Both the position numbers and the translations under genes were made by a program. DNA of 64,000 nt, from NCBI GenBank assembly GCA_030427085.1, contig JAUHXH010000006.1:52023-116022 (forward strand), in the 5' to 3' direction. Origin of the DNA: Gammaproteobacteria bacterium (GTDB taxonomy: Bacteria > Pseudomonadota > Gammaproteobacteria > Pseudomonadales > Halieaceae). This document shows, in pieces, positions 1 through 9,253 of this stretch; the stretch's first letter is position 1; every line of letters starts with the position of its first letter. The notes under the pieces were generated by a model that was not told the origin of the DNA, ran no database searches, and worked only from the letters and a program-made list of their open reading frames with translations.

Positions 1-426
1 GAGCGCTGAGGGTTGATTGACTGGGTACCATTCCGGCTGATTTGGGTCGTTATCGTAATTGCGCTGAATACAATAGAACCCGTCCAGATCGGTGTCAGCG
101 ATGGTCCGCTGGATCAGACCAAAATCCTGCTCAGAAATGCGTTCGTCGGCATCAAGAACGAGTATCCAGTCGCCCGTTGCCAGCTCAATAGAGGCATTGC
201 GCGCTGCGGAGAAATCGTCCACCCAATCGAAATCTTCCACTACGTCCGCGTACTGCCGTGCGATTTGCGCACTGCCGTCGGTAGATCCCGTGTCCAGCAC
301 GACGATTTGATCAACATGATCACGTACGCTGGCCAGACAATCCGCCAGGAAAAAGGCTTCGTCCTTGATGATCATGCACAGGGAAAGGGACGGGGTTCGA
401 CTGGGTGTTTCGAAGGTGGCAGACAT
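1..426 (-). CDS. Family 2 glycosyltransferase, N-terminal 142 aa. The 3' end lies outside the window.
   Basis: The reverse complement from the ATG at 426-424 has no stop codon down to position 1. The translation MSATFETPSRTPSLSLCMIIKDEAFFLADCL..VVLDTGSTDGS..DDFSAARN..VLDADE shows GT-A/GT2 hallmarks. The listed plus-strand ORF 13..432 is its antisense shadow. Confidence 0.8.
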   Translation of the reverse strand, partial: MSATFETPSRTPSLSLCMIIKDEAFFLADCLASVRDHVDQIVVLDTGSTDGSAQIARQYADVVEDFDWVDDFSAARNASIELATGDWILVLDADERISEQDFGLIQRTIADTDLDGFYCIQRNYDNDPNQPEWYPVNQPSAL

Positions 427-521
427 AGTTAAAACGGCGGTGACAGGGCGCCCGCATTCTAGCACGGCCGGGGCACAAATCGCTTAGCTGCCACTAGCGC
501 CTGGTGTATACTCCTGCGCCT

Positions 522-1718
522 ATGAATTCACCCCTGCCCCCTGTCGATGTCATCGTCCCGGTGTACCGAAACCTGGACGTCACCCGCCGATGTATCGAGT
601 CCGTGCTGCGTGCGCCGAAAGGCCCTCGAGCTCGCTTGATCGTCATCAATGACGCCTCGCCGGAAGCAGCGGTAGGCGAATATTGCCGGGAGCTTCAGTC
701 GCAGGGCCGCCCCGATGTGCTGGTGCTGGAAAACGCCGACAACCTCGGCTTTGTCGCTACCGTCAATCGCGGCATGACCCTGAGTGATGACAACGATGTG
801 GTGCTGCTCAACAGCGACACCCAGGTAGCGAAGGACTGGCTCGCCCGTCTCCAGTACAACGTACATAGCGAGGCCCACTACGGCACCGCTACCCCGTTGT
901 CGAACAATGCGTCCATGCTGTCCTATCCACTGCCCATGCAGGACAATCCCCTGCCATCCGGCTGGAGTCTGGAGGACCTGGCGAGCCTGGCGGCAATGGC
1001 CAATCCCAGCGGCGTGCTGGAATTACCCACCGCAGTGGGTTTCTGTATGTATATTCGCCGCGACTGCCTGAAGGCGGTTGGCCTGTTCGATGTGGAAAAC
1101 TTTGGCCTCGGTTACGGCGAGGAATGCGATTTCTCCATGCGCGTACGCAAGGCCGGCTGGCGCAATATCCTGTCGCCGGATGTATTCGTGTTCCATGAAG
1201 GCGGCCAGAGCTTTCAGGGCACAACCAAGGAGCGTATTGCCCAGGCGGAACAGACCCTCCATCGCCTGCACCCCGAATATCATCCGGATGCTACACGTTT
1301 CATCGACGAAGACCCGGTGCGCCCGTTCCGCGACGCACTGGACCGCGCCCGGCTGAAACAGCGCAGCCAGGACGCGCCCGCCATCATCGAACACCTGCGC
1401 AAGCTGCGCGACCTGCGCATCGAGCAGCGCAGCAACCGGGAGCAGGCCCTGTCCCATGCCGCCGGTGAACTGCGCGAGCAACTGGTCGGCATGGAGCACC
1501 GGGTACAGGAGCACGAGAAGATGGAGAAGATGCTCTCGGCCCAGTTGAAACATGCCCGCGACAGTTTCGCCAAAACTGACAAGGCATTGGCCGAAACCAC
1601 CTCGCTACTCAAGGAGCGCCTCGCTGAATTACAGGCACTGCGCGATCGTGACCAACGCTGGCGTGCGCTGACCAAACTGGTGGAAGGCCTGGACCGGATG
1701 ACCGGCAAAGCGGAGTAG
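522..1718 (+). CDS. Family 2 glycosyltransferase with a C-terminal coiled-coil tail of about 110 aa
   Basis: VIVPVYRNLDVTRRC..INDASPE..LLNSDT..GYGEECDFSMR is a GT2 core. The tail is heptad-like and rich in E/R/L/Q. The ORF track starts at GTG 504. ATG 522 (MNSPLPP) is used here, but the start is uncertain. Confidence 0.85.
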   Translation: MNSPLPPVDVIVPVYRNLDVTRRCIESVLRAPKGPRARLIVINDASPEAAVGEYCRELQSQGRPDVLVLENADNLGFVATVNRGMTLSDDNDVVLLNSDTQVAKDWLARLQYNVHSEAHYGTATPLSNNASMLSYPLPMQDNPLPSGWSLEDLASLAAMANPSGVLELPTAVGFCMYIRRDCLKAVGLFDVENFGLGYGEECDFSMRVRKAGWRNILSPDVFVFHEGGQSFQGTTKERIAQAEQTLHRLHPEYHPDATRFIDEDPVRPFRDALDRARLKQRSQDAPAIIEHLRKLRDLRIEQRSNREQALSHAAGELREQLVGMEHRVQEHEKMEKMLSAQLKHARDSFAKTDKALAETTSLLKERLAELQALRDRDQRWRALTKLVEGLDRMTGKAE

Positions 1719-1728
1719 ATTCATCGAC

Positions 1729-3189
1729 ATGAGCACACCCATCGCCGTAGTAGTCCCCGTTTACCGAAACCTGGAACTGACCCGCAGGTGCCTGAACTCC
1801 CTGTTCGCCAGCGACCTTCCCGATCAAACCCGCATCATCATCGTAGATGACGCGTCTCCAGAGGCAGAACTCTCCGACTATTGCGCGACGCTGGCCAGCG
1901 AAGCCGCAGTTATCTATCACCGCAATCCCGAGAACGGCGGATTCGTCTACAGCGCCAACCAGGGCATGGCACTGGCCGAGGACTGCGATGTCGTACTGTT
2001 AAACAGCGATACCGAGGTTTACGGCGACTGGCTCCAGCGGATGAAGCGCACGGCGTACGCGGAAGACCGCATTGGTACCGTCACACCTTTTTCCAACAAT
2101 GCCACGGTGTGCAGCTATCCCCTGTACCTGACAGACAACGAGCTGCCAGCCGAAATGAGTGGCGCAGAACTGGACGCCTGCTTCGCCGAGGCCAACGCCG
2201 GGCTATACACCGACCTGCCTACCGCCGTTGGCTTCTGCATGTATATCCGCCAGGACTGCCAGCGTGATGTCGGCGTGTTCGACGAAGAGAACTTCGGCCA
2301 GGGCTACGGTGAAGAGTGCGACTTCTCCATGCGTGCGGCCGGGAAGGGCTGGCGCAACGTGATCGCCGCCGATGTATTCGTCCGTCATGCCGGCGCCGCC
2401 AGCTTTGGCAAGGAGGAAGCAGGGCGAAAGGCACAGGCCGATGAGATCATGGATCGCCTGCATCCGGGCTATGCCCCGGCAGTGGGCGCTTACATTCACG
2501 ACGACCCCCTGCTTGAGTTTCGCCACAATGTGAGTACACTGCGCGCCCTTCGCCAGGGAAATTCCCTTGAAATCGTGATGGGGGAACTCGCAGATGCCGC
2601 CCGGCATAGCGCCGAGCGTGGCCGCAAGGCCTACGAGGAGCTGCGCAGCACCCAATCCCGCCTGAAAGAGTCCATGGAGCACAACGCCTGGTTTGAGCGG
2701 GAGAACGAAAAGCTCGCCAAAGAAGCGTTTGAAGGTCGGGAATATCGACGGCTGTACGACGAAGCCCAGGAACACCTGGCCCAGCGCGACCGCGGCATCG
2801 AGCAAATGCAAACCCTGCTCGACAAGCGCGAAGCAGACCTGGGGCAGGCTCTGGAAAAAGCCATCTGGTTTGAAAAGCAGTACGGCGAAACACTGCAACA
2901 GGTGAAGTGGCTGGAAGAGCAGCACGCCGCCGCCAACCAGCGTGCCGATACACTGGTGAACGAACTGACCAGTTCACAGTCTCTACTGGACAGCGCCCGC
3001 GCCGAGTTTCAGCGCACCGACGCTGCGCTGGCGGAGACCCAGGCACAGTTTTCCCAGGCACTGGAGCGCAACAACGCCCTGGAAGGCGAACTGGAACAAA
3101 CCCGCGGTGCCCAAATACGGGCGGAGCAGGAACTGACACAGATTAAAAACAGCCGGGTGTGGCGCTATACCGCCTGGCTGCGTAAGTGA
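1729..3189 (+). CDS. Family 2 glycosyltransferase, a paralog of the previous gene, with a C-terminal coiled-coil tail of about 210 aa
   Basis: VVVPVYRNLELTRRC..VDDASPE..LLNSDTEV..GYGEECDFSMR is highly similar to the upstream gene. It has a long charged heptad-like C-terminus ending in NSRVWRYTAWLRK. Confidence 0.85.
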   Translation: MSTPIAVVVPVYRNLELTRRCLNSLFASDLPDQTRIIIVDDASPEAELSDYCATLASEAAVIYHRNPENGGFVYSANQGMALAEDCDVVLLNSDTEVYGDWLQRMKRTAYAEDRIGTVTPFSNNATVCSYPLYLTDNELPAEMSGAELDACFAEANAGLYTDLPTAVGFCMYIRQDCQRDVGVFDEENFGQGYGEECDFSMRAAGKGWRNVIAADVFVRHAGAASFGKEEAGRKAQADEIMDRLHPGYAPAVGAYIHDDPLLEFRHNVSTLRALRQGNSLEIVMGELADAARHSAERGRKAYEELRSTQSRLKESMEHNAWFERENEKLAKEAFEGREYRRLYDEAQEHLAQRDRGIEQMQTLLDKREADLGQALEKAIWFEKQYGETLQQVKWLEEQHAAANQRADTLVNELTSSQSLLDSARAEFQRTDAALAETQAQFSQALERNNALEGELEQTRGAQIRAEQELTQIKNSRVWRYTAWLRK

Positions 3190-3197
3190 GGACCCCC

Positions 3198-4433
3198 ATG
3201 AACGCCAAAGTGCACGCCTTTACCAGCGTTACCAGCAATTACCTGCCCAAGGCCCGAGTTCTGGCCGAGTCGGTAAAGCGGGTGGATCCCTCTGTGTGCT
3301 TTCACCTGCTGCTGTCAGATGACGCACCTGAAGGCTTCGATTTAGCCAATGAACCCTTCGACAACCTGATCTACGCCGAAGACCTGCCACTGGAAAACTT
3401 CGAACAGTGGGTGTTCTCCCATCGTCTGGTGGAGCTGTGTACAGCGGTAAAAGGCCTCGCGCTGGAAACCCTGTTTGCCGATTTTGGTGCCGAGAAGGTG
3501 TTCTACTTCGACCCCGATATCGCCGTGTTCTCCCGCCTGGATGAACTGATCGGCAAGCTGGATGAGCACAGCGTGCTGCTCACCCCTCACCAGTCCGAGC
3601 CTGAACCCACTACCAAGGGCATCATCGACAACGAGATGTGTAGCCTGCGTTACGGTGTGTTCAACCTGGGCTTCGTCGGCGTATCCAACACCACCGAAGG
3701 CCGCAAGTTTGCCCGCTGGTGGCGTGACCGCCTGATTCACTTCTGCCGCGACGACCACTCCCGCGCCCTGTTCACTGACCAGAAGTGGGTCAATCTCGCA
3801 CCCTGCATGTTCGACGGCGTGCACGTGCTGCGCAGCCCGGCTTTCAACGTGGCCACCTGGAACCTGTCCACTCGCAAAGCCACCGGTAAAGTGGACGGTG
3901 GCATCGACATCCAGATCAATGGCGAACCGCTGGGCTTCTATCACTTCTCCGGCTTCGACAGCGGTGCCCAGGAGCGCCAGCTCAAGGAATACGGTAGCCA
4001 CAGCCCGGTATTATTCAAACTGCGCGACTGGTACATCAGTGAGTGTGATCGCCACGGACAGGAAGAATTGGGCACCCTGCCCTGCAAGTACAACAGCTAC
4101 GAAGACGGCACCAAAATCGAAGACGCCGAGCGCGTCCTCTACCGGGAGCGTGCCGACCTGCAGCGCACCTTCCCCGACCCTTTCGCCACATCCGGCTATG
4201 AACGCAATGATCTGAAGGGCGGCTACCGCGCCTGGTATCGCGTCCACGGTGACGATAGCGGCGGTCCCAATGTGCTGACAGTGAAGCCCAATATAAGCAT
4301 CCGCGAATTCCTCGATCACGCAGCAGCCTATCTGGAAAAACGGGCCAACACGGCACAGGCCACTGGCAGCATGAAAAAGTCAGGGTTGAAGTCGTTGGCG
4401 TGGTTGATGCGTCGGGCTGGTAGTCTCGCTTAA
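3198..4433 (+). CDS. Putative nucleotide-diphospho-sugar transferase (GT8-like fold), polysaccharide cluster
   Basis: ATG 3198 follows GAGGA at 3188-3192. The sequence AFTSVTSNYLPKARVL..YFDPDIAVF carries a DxD-type motif. It is co-oriented with the GT2 genes and overlaps the end of the preceding gene. The family assignment is tentative. Confidence 0.55.
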   Translation: MNAKVHAFTSVTSNYLPKARVLAESVKRVDPSVCFHLLLSDDAPEGFDLANEPFDNLIYAEDLPLENFEQWVFSHRLVELCTAVKGLALETLFADFGAEKVFYFDPDIAVFSRLDELIGKLDEHSVLLTPHQSEPEPTTKGIIDNEMCSLRYGVFNLGFVGVSNTTEGRKFARWWRDRLIHFCRDDHSRALFTDQKWVNLAPCMFDGVHVLRSPAFNVATWNLSTRKATGKVDGGIDIQINGEPLGFYHFSGFDSGAQERQLKEYGSHSPVLFKLRDWYISECDRHGQEELGTLPCKYNSYEDGTKIEDAERVLYRERADLQRTFPDPFATSGYERNDLKGGYRAWYRVHGDDSGGPNVLTVKPNISIREFLDHAAAYLEKRANTAQATGSMKKSGLKSLAWLMRRAGSLA

Positions 4434-4450
4434 ACAGCCTGACCACCCAA

Positions 4451-4631
4451 TCTCCGTACCGTCTGCGGAGATTACGCCTAGGCCACGCCCTCATCGACGC
4501 CAATCACCGCAATATTTGCGGAGATTAATCCTTCCTCTGGGGCAATACGCTCGTATTTACCGCATAATCTGCGGTAAATAATTGACCTCCGCGAGATATT
4601 CGGCGATTATTCTCCGCAATATATGCGGAGA
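4451..4631. promoter_or_regulatory. Four phased 21-bp palindromes (8-N5-8, consensus TCTCCGCA-N5-TGCGGAGA) upstream of fic
   Basis: The copies are at 4451-4471 (TCTCCGTA CCGTC TGCGGAGA), 4504-4524 (TCACCGCA ATATT TGCGGAGA), 4557-4577 (TTACCGCA TAATC TGCGGTAA) and 4611-4631 (TCTCCGCA ATATA TGCGGAGA). Centre-to-centre spacing is 53, 53 and 54 bp. The last copy contains the fic Shine-Dalgarno GGAG. Confidence 0.7.
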
Positions 4632-4635
4632 TAAT

Positions 4636-5736
4636 ATGCGATACATCTGGCAACAAGCTGATTGGCCCAATCTCACCTGGGATTCTGCAGGCCTGCTTCC
4701 ACTGCTGGCACGTGTATCCCGGGCACAGGGGCGCTTGCTAGGGAAAATGGAAGGGCTGGGCTTCGATACTCTGAGGGACGAAGCCCACTTGAAGGCCATG
4801 ACCGACAATGTGGTCAAGTCGAGCGAGATTGAAGGCGAAAACCTTCCCCAGGATGAAGTCAGGTCCTCCATCGCCCGCCAACTTGGCATGAACCACCTTG
4901 AGAACCTTGTGCCCTCCTCCAGGAGTGTGGACGGCGTGGTCGAGATGATGACCGACGCCACGGCGCACTACGATACCCCGCTGACCCGAAAACGCCTGTT
5001 CAGATGGCACGAGTCTCTTTTTCCGGTAGGTGAAAATAGCCTTTCACCGATTGTTACTGGCCAGTTTCGTGATGGGCCCATGCAGGTTGTCTCGGGCCCC
5101 ATGGGCCGGGAGAAGGTACATTTCGAGGCTCCCCCGCCTGAGCGACTCACAGAGGAAATGGCTGTATTTCTGGACTGGCTTGAGGACCCGGCCGACATGG
5201 ACCCAGTCCTCGCTGCAGGCCTGGCACACTTCTGGTTCGTTACCATTCACCCCTTCGACGACGGCAATGGGCGTATCGCTCGCGCAATTGCAGACATGGC
5301 CCTGGCGCGCGCTGAAAACTCCTCTCGCCGCTACTACAGTATGTCGAAGCAGATTCGCAGTGAACGCAATGACTACTACAATCTCCTGGAAACTTGCCAG
5401 CGGGCAAGCTGCGATATCACGCTATGGCAGGAGTGGTTTCTTGGCTGCCTGCTCAGGGCAATAGAAAACGCTGACTTGACCGTCGAAAACATATTGCAGA
5501 AAGCACGCTTCTGGCAGCGCTATGCCGAAGAGTCGCTAAACCAACGCCAGGTAAAAGTGCTCAACAAATTACTGGATGGTTTCGACGGCAAGCTCACCAC
5601 CGCGAGATGGGCCAGGATGACGAAAAGTTCCCCGGACACAGCGCTGCGAGACATCAAGGATTTGATCAAACGTGGGGCGTTGTACCAGGAGCCAGGTGGG
5701 GGACGAAGCACGAGTTATGCGCTTGTGATGGAATAG
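4636..5736 (+). CDS. Fic family protein (class II, canonical AMPylation motif) with a C-terminal winged-helix-like domain
   Basis: HPFDDGNGRIAR matches HxFx(D/E)GNGRxxR. The N-terminal SSEIEG matches the inhibitory (S/T)xxxE(G/N) motif. The MRYIWQQADWPNLTWD start is typical of the DUF4172-type N-terminus. ATG 4636 lies 6 nt after GGAG. Confidence 0.9.
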   Translation: MRYIWQQADWPNLTWDSAGLLPLLARVSRAQGRLLGKMEGLGFDTLRDEAHLKAMTDNVVKSSEIEGENLPQDEVRSSIARQLGMNHLENLVPSSRSVDGVVEMMTDATAHYDTPLTRKRLFRWHESLFPVGENSLSPIVTGQFRDGPMQVVSGPMGREKVHFEAPPPERLTEEMAVFLDWLEDPADMDPVLAAGLAHFWFVTIHPFDDGNGRIARAIADMALARAENSSRRYYSMSKQIRSERNDYYNLLETCQRASCDITLWQEWFLGCLLRAIENADLTVENILQKARFWQRYAEESLNQRQVKVLNKLLDGFDGKLTTARWARMTKSSPDTALRDIKDLIKRGALYQEPGGGRSTSYALVME

Positions 5737-5755
5737 ATAACAGCCGTTGCGGAAA

Positions 5756-6994
5756 TCACGATTTCCCCCAGGGCGCCACCCGGAACAGCAACAGCATCCC
5801 CGGCACCGCCAGAAGCGCACACAGCAGGAAAAAGTCCACGTAACCAACACGCTCAATGATCCAGCCAGTGCTGGCGTTGGCGAAGGTGCGCGGCAAAGTA
5901 GCCAGCGCGGTGAACAGCGCAAATTGAGTGGCTGCGAATTGCCGACTGGTTTCCCGGGCGATAAAGGCCGTAAACGCGGCAGCGCCCAGCCCCACCCCCA
6001 GGTATTCAAAAGCGATCACCACGCCTAACAAGCCTAAACCCGGCTCTTCCGTGGAGGCCAGCACTGCATAGCCGAGAATACTCACCAGCTGCACCACACC
6101 AAACAGCCAAAGCGCTTTGTTGATGCCCAGGCGAATCATCGCCAAACCACCCAGCAAGCCGCCAAACACTGCCGGCCACAGGGCCGCGTTTTTCGCGACT
6201 ACGCCAATTTCGGTCAGACTGAAACCCATATCGATATAAAACGGCGTTGCCAGTGCCGTGGCCATGTTGTCGCCGAGTTTGTAGAGAAACATAAAGCCCA
6301 ACACCAGCAACAGGCCCTGCCAACCGCGGCGGTGAAGGTACTCCAGAAAGGGGGCAACTATCGACTGGCGCAAGCTCAGGCCCTGCGGTGTTTCCGAGGG
6401 GGGCTCTTCCACCAACAGCGCCATCACGATACCTGCCGCCATGAATGCGCCGGTGATCCAGAACACCGAACTCCAGGGCAGGTGATCAGCGAGAATCAGC
6501 GACAGCGAACCGGGCACCAGACCCGCAATGCGGTAGGCCTGAACATGGATGGAGTTACCGAGGCCCAGCTCTTCGTCCGACAGAATCTCGCGCCGATAGG
6601 CGTCCAGCACCACGTCCTGCGTGGCACTGAACAGCGCCACAATGAAGGCCATCGCAGCGATAATGCGCGTGGATTGCTCCGGTTGGAAGGCGCCCAGCAT
6701 GCCGATACTGCACAACAGCGCCACCTGACATATCAGCATCCAGCCCCGCCGCCGTCCGAACAGTGGCGGCGCGTAGCGGTCCAGCAAGGGGGCCCACACG
6801 AACTTCCAGTTGTAGGGCAAGCCCACCAGTGCGAACAGACCAATCTCGGTCAGGGATACGCCACCCTCGCGCAGCCACGCGGGGACAAGTTGAATCAGCA
6901 CATAAAGGGGAAGGCCTGAGGCAAAGCCGGTGAAGATACAGATCAGCATCCGGCGGTTGAACACCACCTCGCGCCAGTGAGTGGTAGCCGTCAA
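5756..6994 (-). CDS. ampG: AmpG family muropeptide MFS permease
   Basis: A 412-aa polytopic membrane protein whose N-terminal FTGFASGLPLYVL..LREGGVSLTEIG and overall pattern are typical of AmpG. It starts 21 nt after the gspH stop. Confidence 0.8.
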   Translation of the reverse strand: MTATTHWREVVFNRRMLICIFTGFASGLPLYVLIQLVPAWLREGGVSLTEIGLFALVGLPYNWKFVWAPLLDRYAPPLFGRRRGWMLICQVALLCSIGMLGAFQPEQSTRIIAAMAFIVALFSATQDVVLDAYRREILSDEELGLGNSIHVQAYRIAGLVPGSLSLILADHLPWSSVFWITGAFMAAGIVMALLVEEPPSETPQGLSLRQSIVAPFLEYLHRRGWQGLLLVLGFMFLYKLGDNMATALATPFYIDMGFSLTEIGVVAKNAALWPAVFGGLLGGLAMIRLGINKALWLFGVVQLVSILGYAVLASTEEPGLGLLGVVIAFEYLGVGLGAAAFTAFIARETSRQFAATQFALFTALATLPRTFANASTGWIIERVGYVDFFLLCALLAVPGMLLLFRVAPWGKS

Positions 6995-7015
6995 AACGCG
7001 TTCGCCGCCTCAGGA

Positions 7016-7483
7016 TCAATCAAAACTGCCACAATCCGATTCGCAAAGGTCGACCCGACCCAGCAGCCAGTCCACCTGCAATTCCGTGAGCTTACCTTGA
7101 GGGCTGGTCAAACCCACTGCACCACCACTGGCGCTGCCGTCGGGATAAAAACGGATCACACCGCCTTCGTCACGGTTCAGCTCGGCCGCACCCAGCACCT
7201 GCACCTCCACCGAAGCGGGGAGCTGGCTGGTTTTGCCGCCGGCCACCATCTGTTTCTGCCGCGGGCGAACCAACACGTCCTGCGCTGTACCGCCCGACAC
7301 CGCCGAGATGCGGGCGGCATTCAAGGTGCTCATCACATCGCGTACCGCGCTGCGGTACTGCATGTTCTCGTACATGCGCGCGCCAGCGGGCGTTGCCACC
7401 GCCAGCACCATCGCCAGGATGCCCAGCGCGATCATCACCTCCATCAAGGTGAACCCGCTGGAACGTCTGGACGTGCTGCGCAT
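7016..7483 (-). CDS. gspH: Type II secretion minor pseudopilin GspH
   Basis: It has a prepilin-type N-terminus, SSGFTLMEVMIALGILAM, is 155 aa long, and lies directly downstream of gspG. Confidence 0.8.
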   Translation of the reverse strand: MRSTSRRSSGFTLMEVMIALGILAMVLAVATPAGARMYENMQYRSAVRDVMSTLNAARISAVSGGTAQDVLVRPRQKQMVAGGKTSQLPASVEVQVLGAAELNRDEGGVIRFYPDGSASGGAVGLTSPQGKLTELQVDWLLGRVDLCESDCGSFD

Positions 7484-7506
7484 GTTTACTCGCTCAACGT
7501 GCGGAA

Positions 7507-7944
7507 TCAGTAATTACTGACATCCGCGTTCTCGCCATCACCACCCGGCGAACCATCCGCGCCGTAGCTGATGATGTCGAAACTGCTGCGCTCGCCCGGA
7601 AACTTGTAGATGTATTCGTTGTTCCAGGGATCTGCGGGGACTTTGGATTTCAGGTAGGGACCATTCCAGCCATCGGCATTGCCGGGCTTGTGAATCAGGG
7701 CATCCAGGCCATCACTATTACTGGGATAGCGGCCCACGTCCAGCTTGTACATCTCCATGGCGTTCTCCAGATCCTTGATCTGGACCTTGGCGGTTTTGCT
7801 CTTGGCGCCGCCGAGCTGGTTCAGCACGGTGGGGCCGATCAGGCCAGCAAGCAAACTCAGGATGGCCAGCACCACCAACAGTTCGATCAGGGTCAGGCCC
7901 GCCTGGCGATCGCGACGGCGCTGCATGTTTGACTGGGCTTTCAT
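7507..7944 (-). CDS. gspG: Type II secretion major pseudopilin GspG
   Basis: AGLTLIELLVVLAILSLLAGLIGP together with DGWNGPYL..DPWNNEYIY are GspG signatures. Confidence 0.95.
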   Translation of the reverse strand: MKAQSNMQRRRDRQAGLTLIELLVVLAILSLLAGLIGPTVLNQLGGAKSKTAKVQIKDLENAMEMYKLDVGRYPSNSDGLDALIHKPGNADGWNGPYLKSKVPADPWNNEYIYKFPGERSSFDIISYGADGSPGGDGENADVSNY

Positions 7945-8030
7945 GTTACTTCCTCGTACTTGGATTCGTTGTCGCCTACTGGCGATGTCGGGGACAATTG
8001 GGCTCGCTTCGCGGCGCTGCGTTCCCTGCC

Positions 8031-9233
8031 TCAGAAGGCCATATCGTTGACCGAAAGGATACCGGAAAGAATGGCGATAATGATAACGGCGATAGCGCCG
8101 CCCATGAACAGGATCAGTGCGGGCTCCAACATGGCCAGCGCGCGTTTTACGCCAGCTTCCACCTCACCGTCGTATACTTCCGCCAGTTCGATCAGCATCT
8201 GGTCAATAGAGCCAGACTCCTCCCCCACGCGCACCATCTGGATTACCAGTGGAGAGACAAAACTGGCTTCATCCAGTGCGTGGGACATACGCTGGCCGCG
8301 TTTTACGGCGGGCTCCAGCACGCTCAGTGCGTCTCTGATCACGGTGTTATCGACAGTACCGGTACCGATAGTGATGGCCTGTAATAGCGACACGCCATTG
8401 CCCACCAATGTGCCCACGGTGCGGGCAAACTTGGCGATTTCGTACTTGAACACAACGTCGCCGAGTATGGGTAATTTCAGCAACCAGCTATCGCGCTTGG
8501 CCTGCCCTTCCGGCGTTGCCAACCAATTTTTCAGGAACCAGCCAATACCGGCGATGATCAGCAGCATCAGCCAGCCCCAGTCGGCAATGGCATCGCCCGC
8601 GGCGATCACCATGCGCGTTAGCACCGGCAGGGAATCGCCCATGTCTGCAAACAGGGCTTCGAACTGGGGCACCACAAAACCGAGAATCACGGCGATGGAC
8701 AGCACTGCTACCGTCAGCAGAATGCTTGGATAGATCAGCGCGGAAATCACACTACTGCGAACTTCCTTGGAACGTTCCAGGTATTCCAACAAACGACCCA
8801 GCACCTGCGCCAGGTGGCCACTGGCTTCACCGGAGCGCACCATATTGATATAGAAATTGCCGAACACTTTCTGGTGCGGCTGCAATGACTGGGAAAGGCC
8901 TTTACCGCCCTTCACACCGGTTAACAGTTCGTCGAGCAGGGCGGCCAACTTCGGCTCCGCCGCCATGTCGATCATCACTTTCAAGGCGCGGTCGATAGGT
9001 AGTCCGGCGCGCAGCAGCACGGTGAGTTCGCGGGTGAGACTAAGTACCTGATCTTTCCCTGCGGCTTTACCACCACCGGCGGCCACCGCAACCGCCTTGC
9101 CCGGTTGCAAGTCCAGTAGCGTAAGCCCCTGTGCACGCAATTGACGGGAGGCCAGCTCTTTGCGATCGGCGGTAACGGAGCCCTGAACAGTCTTACCGTT
9201 GGCACCGATGGCTTTGTAGTTGAAATTGGGCAT
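8031..9233 (-). CDS. gspF: Type II secretion inner-membrane platform protein GspF
   Basis: A 400-aa protein with the duplicated GspF/PilC architecture (..ALIYPSILL.., ..EVYDGEVE..LEPALILFMG). Confidence 0.95.
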   Translation of the reverse strand: MPNFNYKAIGANGKTVQGSVTADRKELASRQLRAQGLTLLDLQPGKAVAVAAGGGKAAGKDQVLSLTRELTVLLRAGLPIDRALKVMIDMAAEPKLAALLDELLTGVKGGKGLSQSLQPHQKVFGNFYINMVRSGEASGHLAQVLGRLLEYLERSKEVRSSVISALIYPSILLTVAVLSIAVILGFVVPQFEALFADMGDSLPVLTRMVIAAGDAIADWGWLMLLIIAGIGWFLKNWLATPEGQAKRDSWLLKLPILGDVVFKYEIAKFARTVGTLVGNGVSLLQAITIGTGTVDNTVIRDALSVLEPAVKRGQRMSHALDEASFVSPLVIQMVRVGEESGSIDQMLIELAEVYDGEVEAGVKRALAMLEPALILFMGGAIAVIIIAILSGILSVNDMAF

Positions 9234-9253
9234 GGAATTGGGTGCTACCGGCC

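Noticed and set aside
13-432. A 139-aa plus-strand ORF at the very start of the window
   Set aside because: It is the antisense shadow of a clearly recognisable GT2 N-terminus on the minus strand (MSATFET..DTGSTDGS..DADE) and has no motif content of its own.
4451-4631. The idea that the regularly spaced palindromes (21-bp repeat, 32-33-bp spacers) form a mini CRISPR array
   Set aside because: There are only four imperfect copies. The repeats are too short and degenerate for CRISPR. No cas genes or leader are present. The last copy overlaps the fic RBS, which fits an operator array better.
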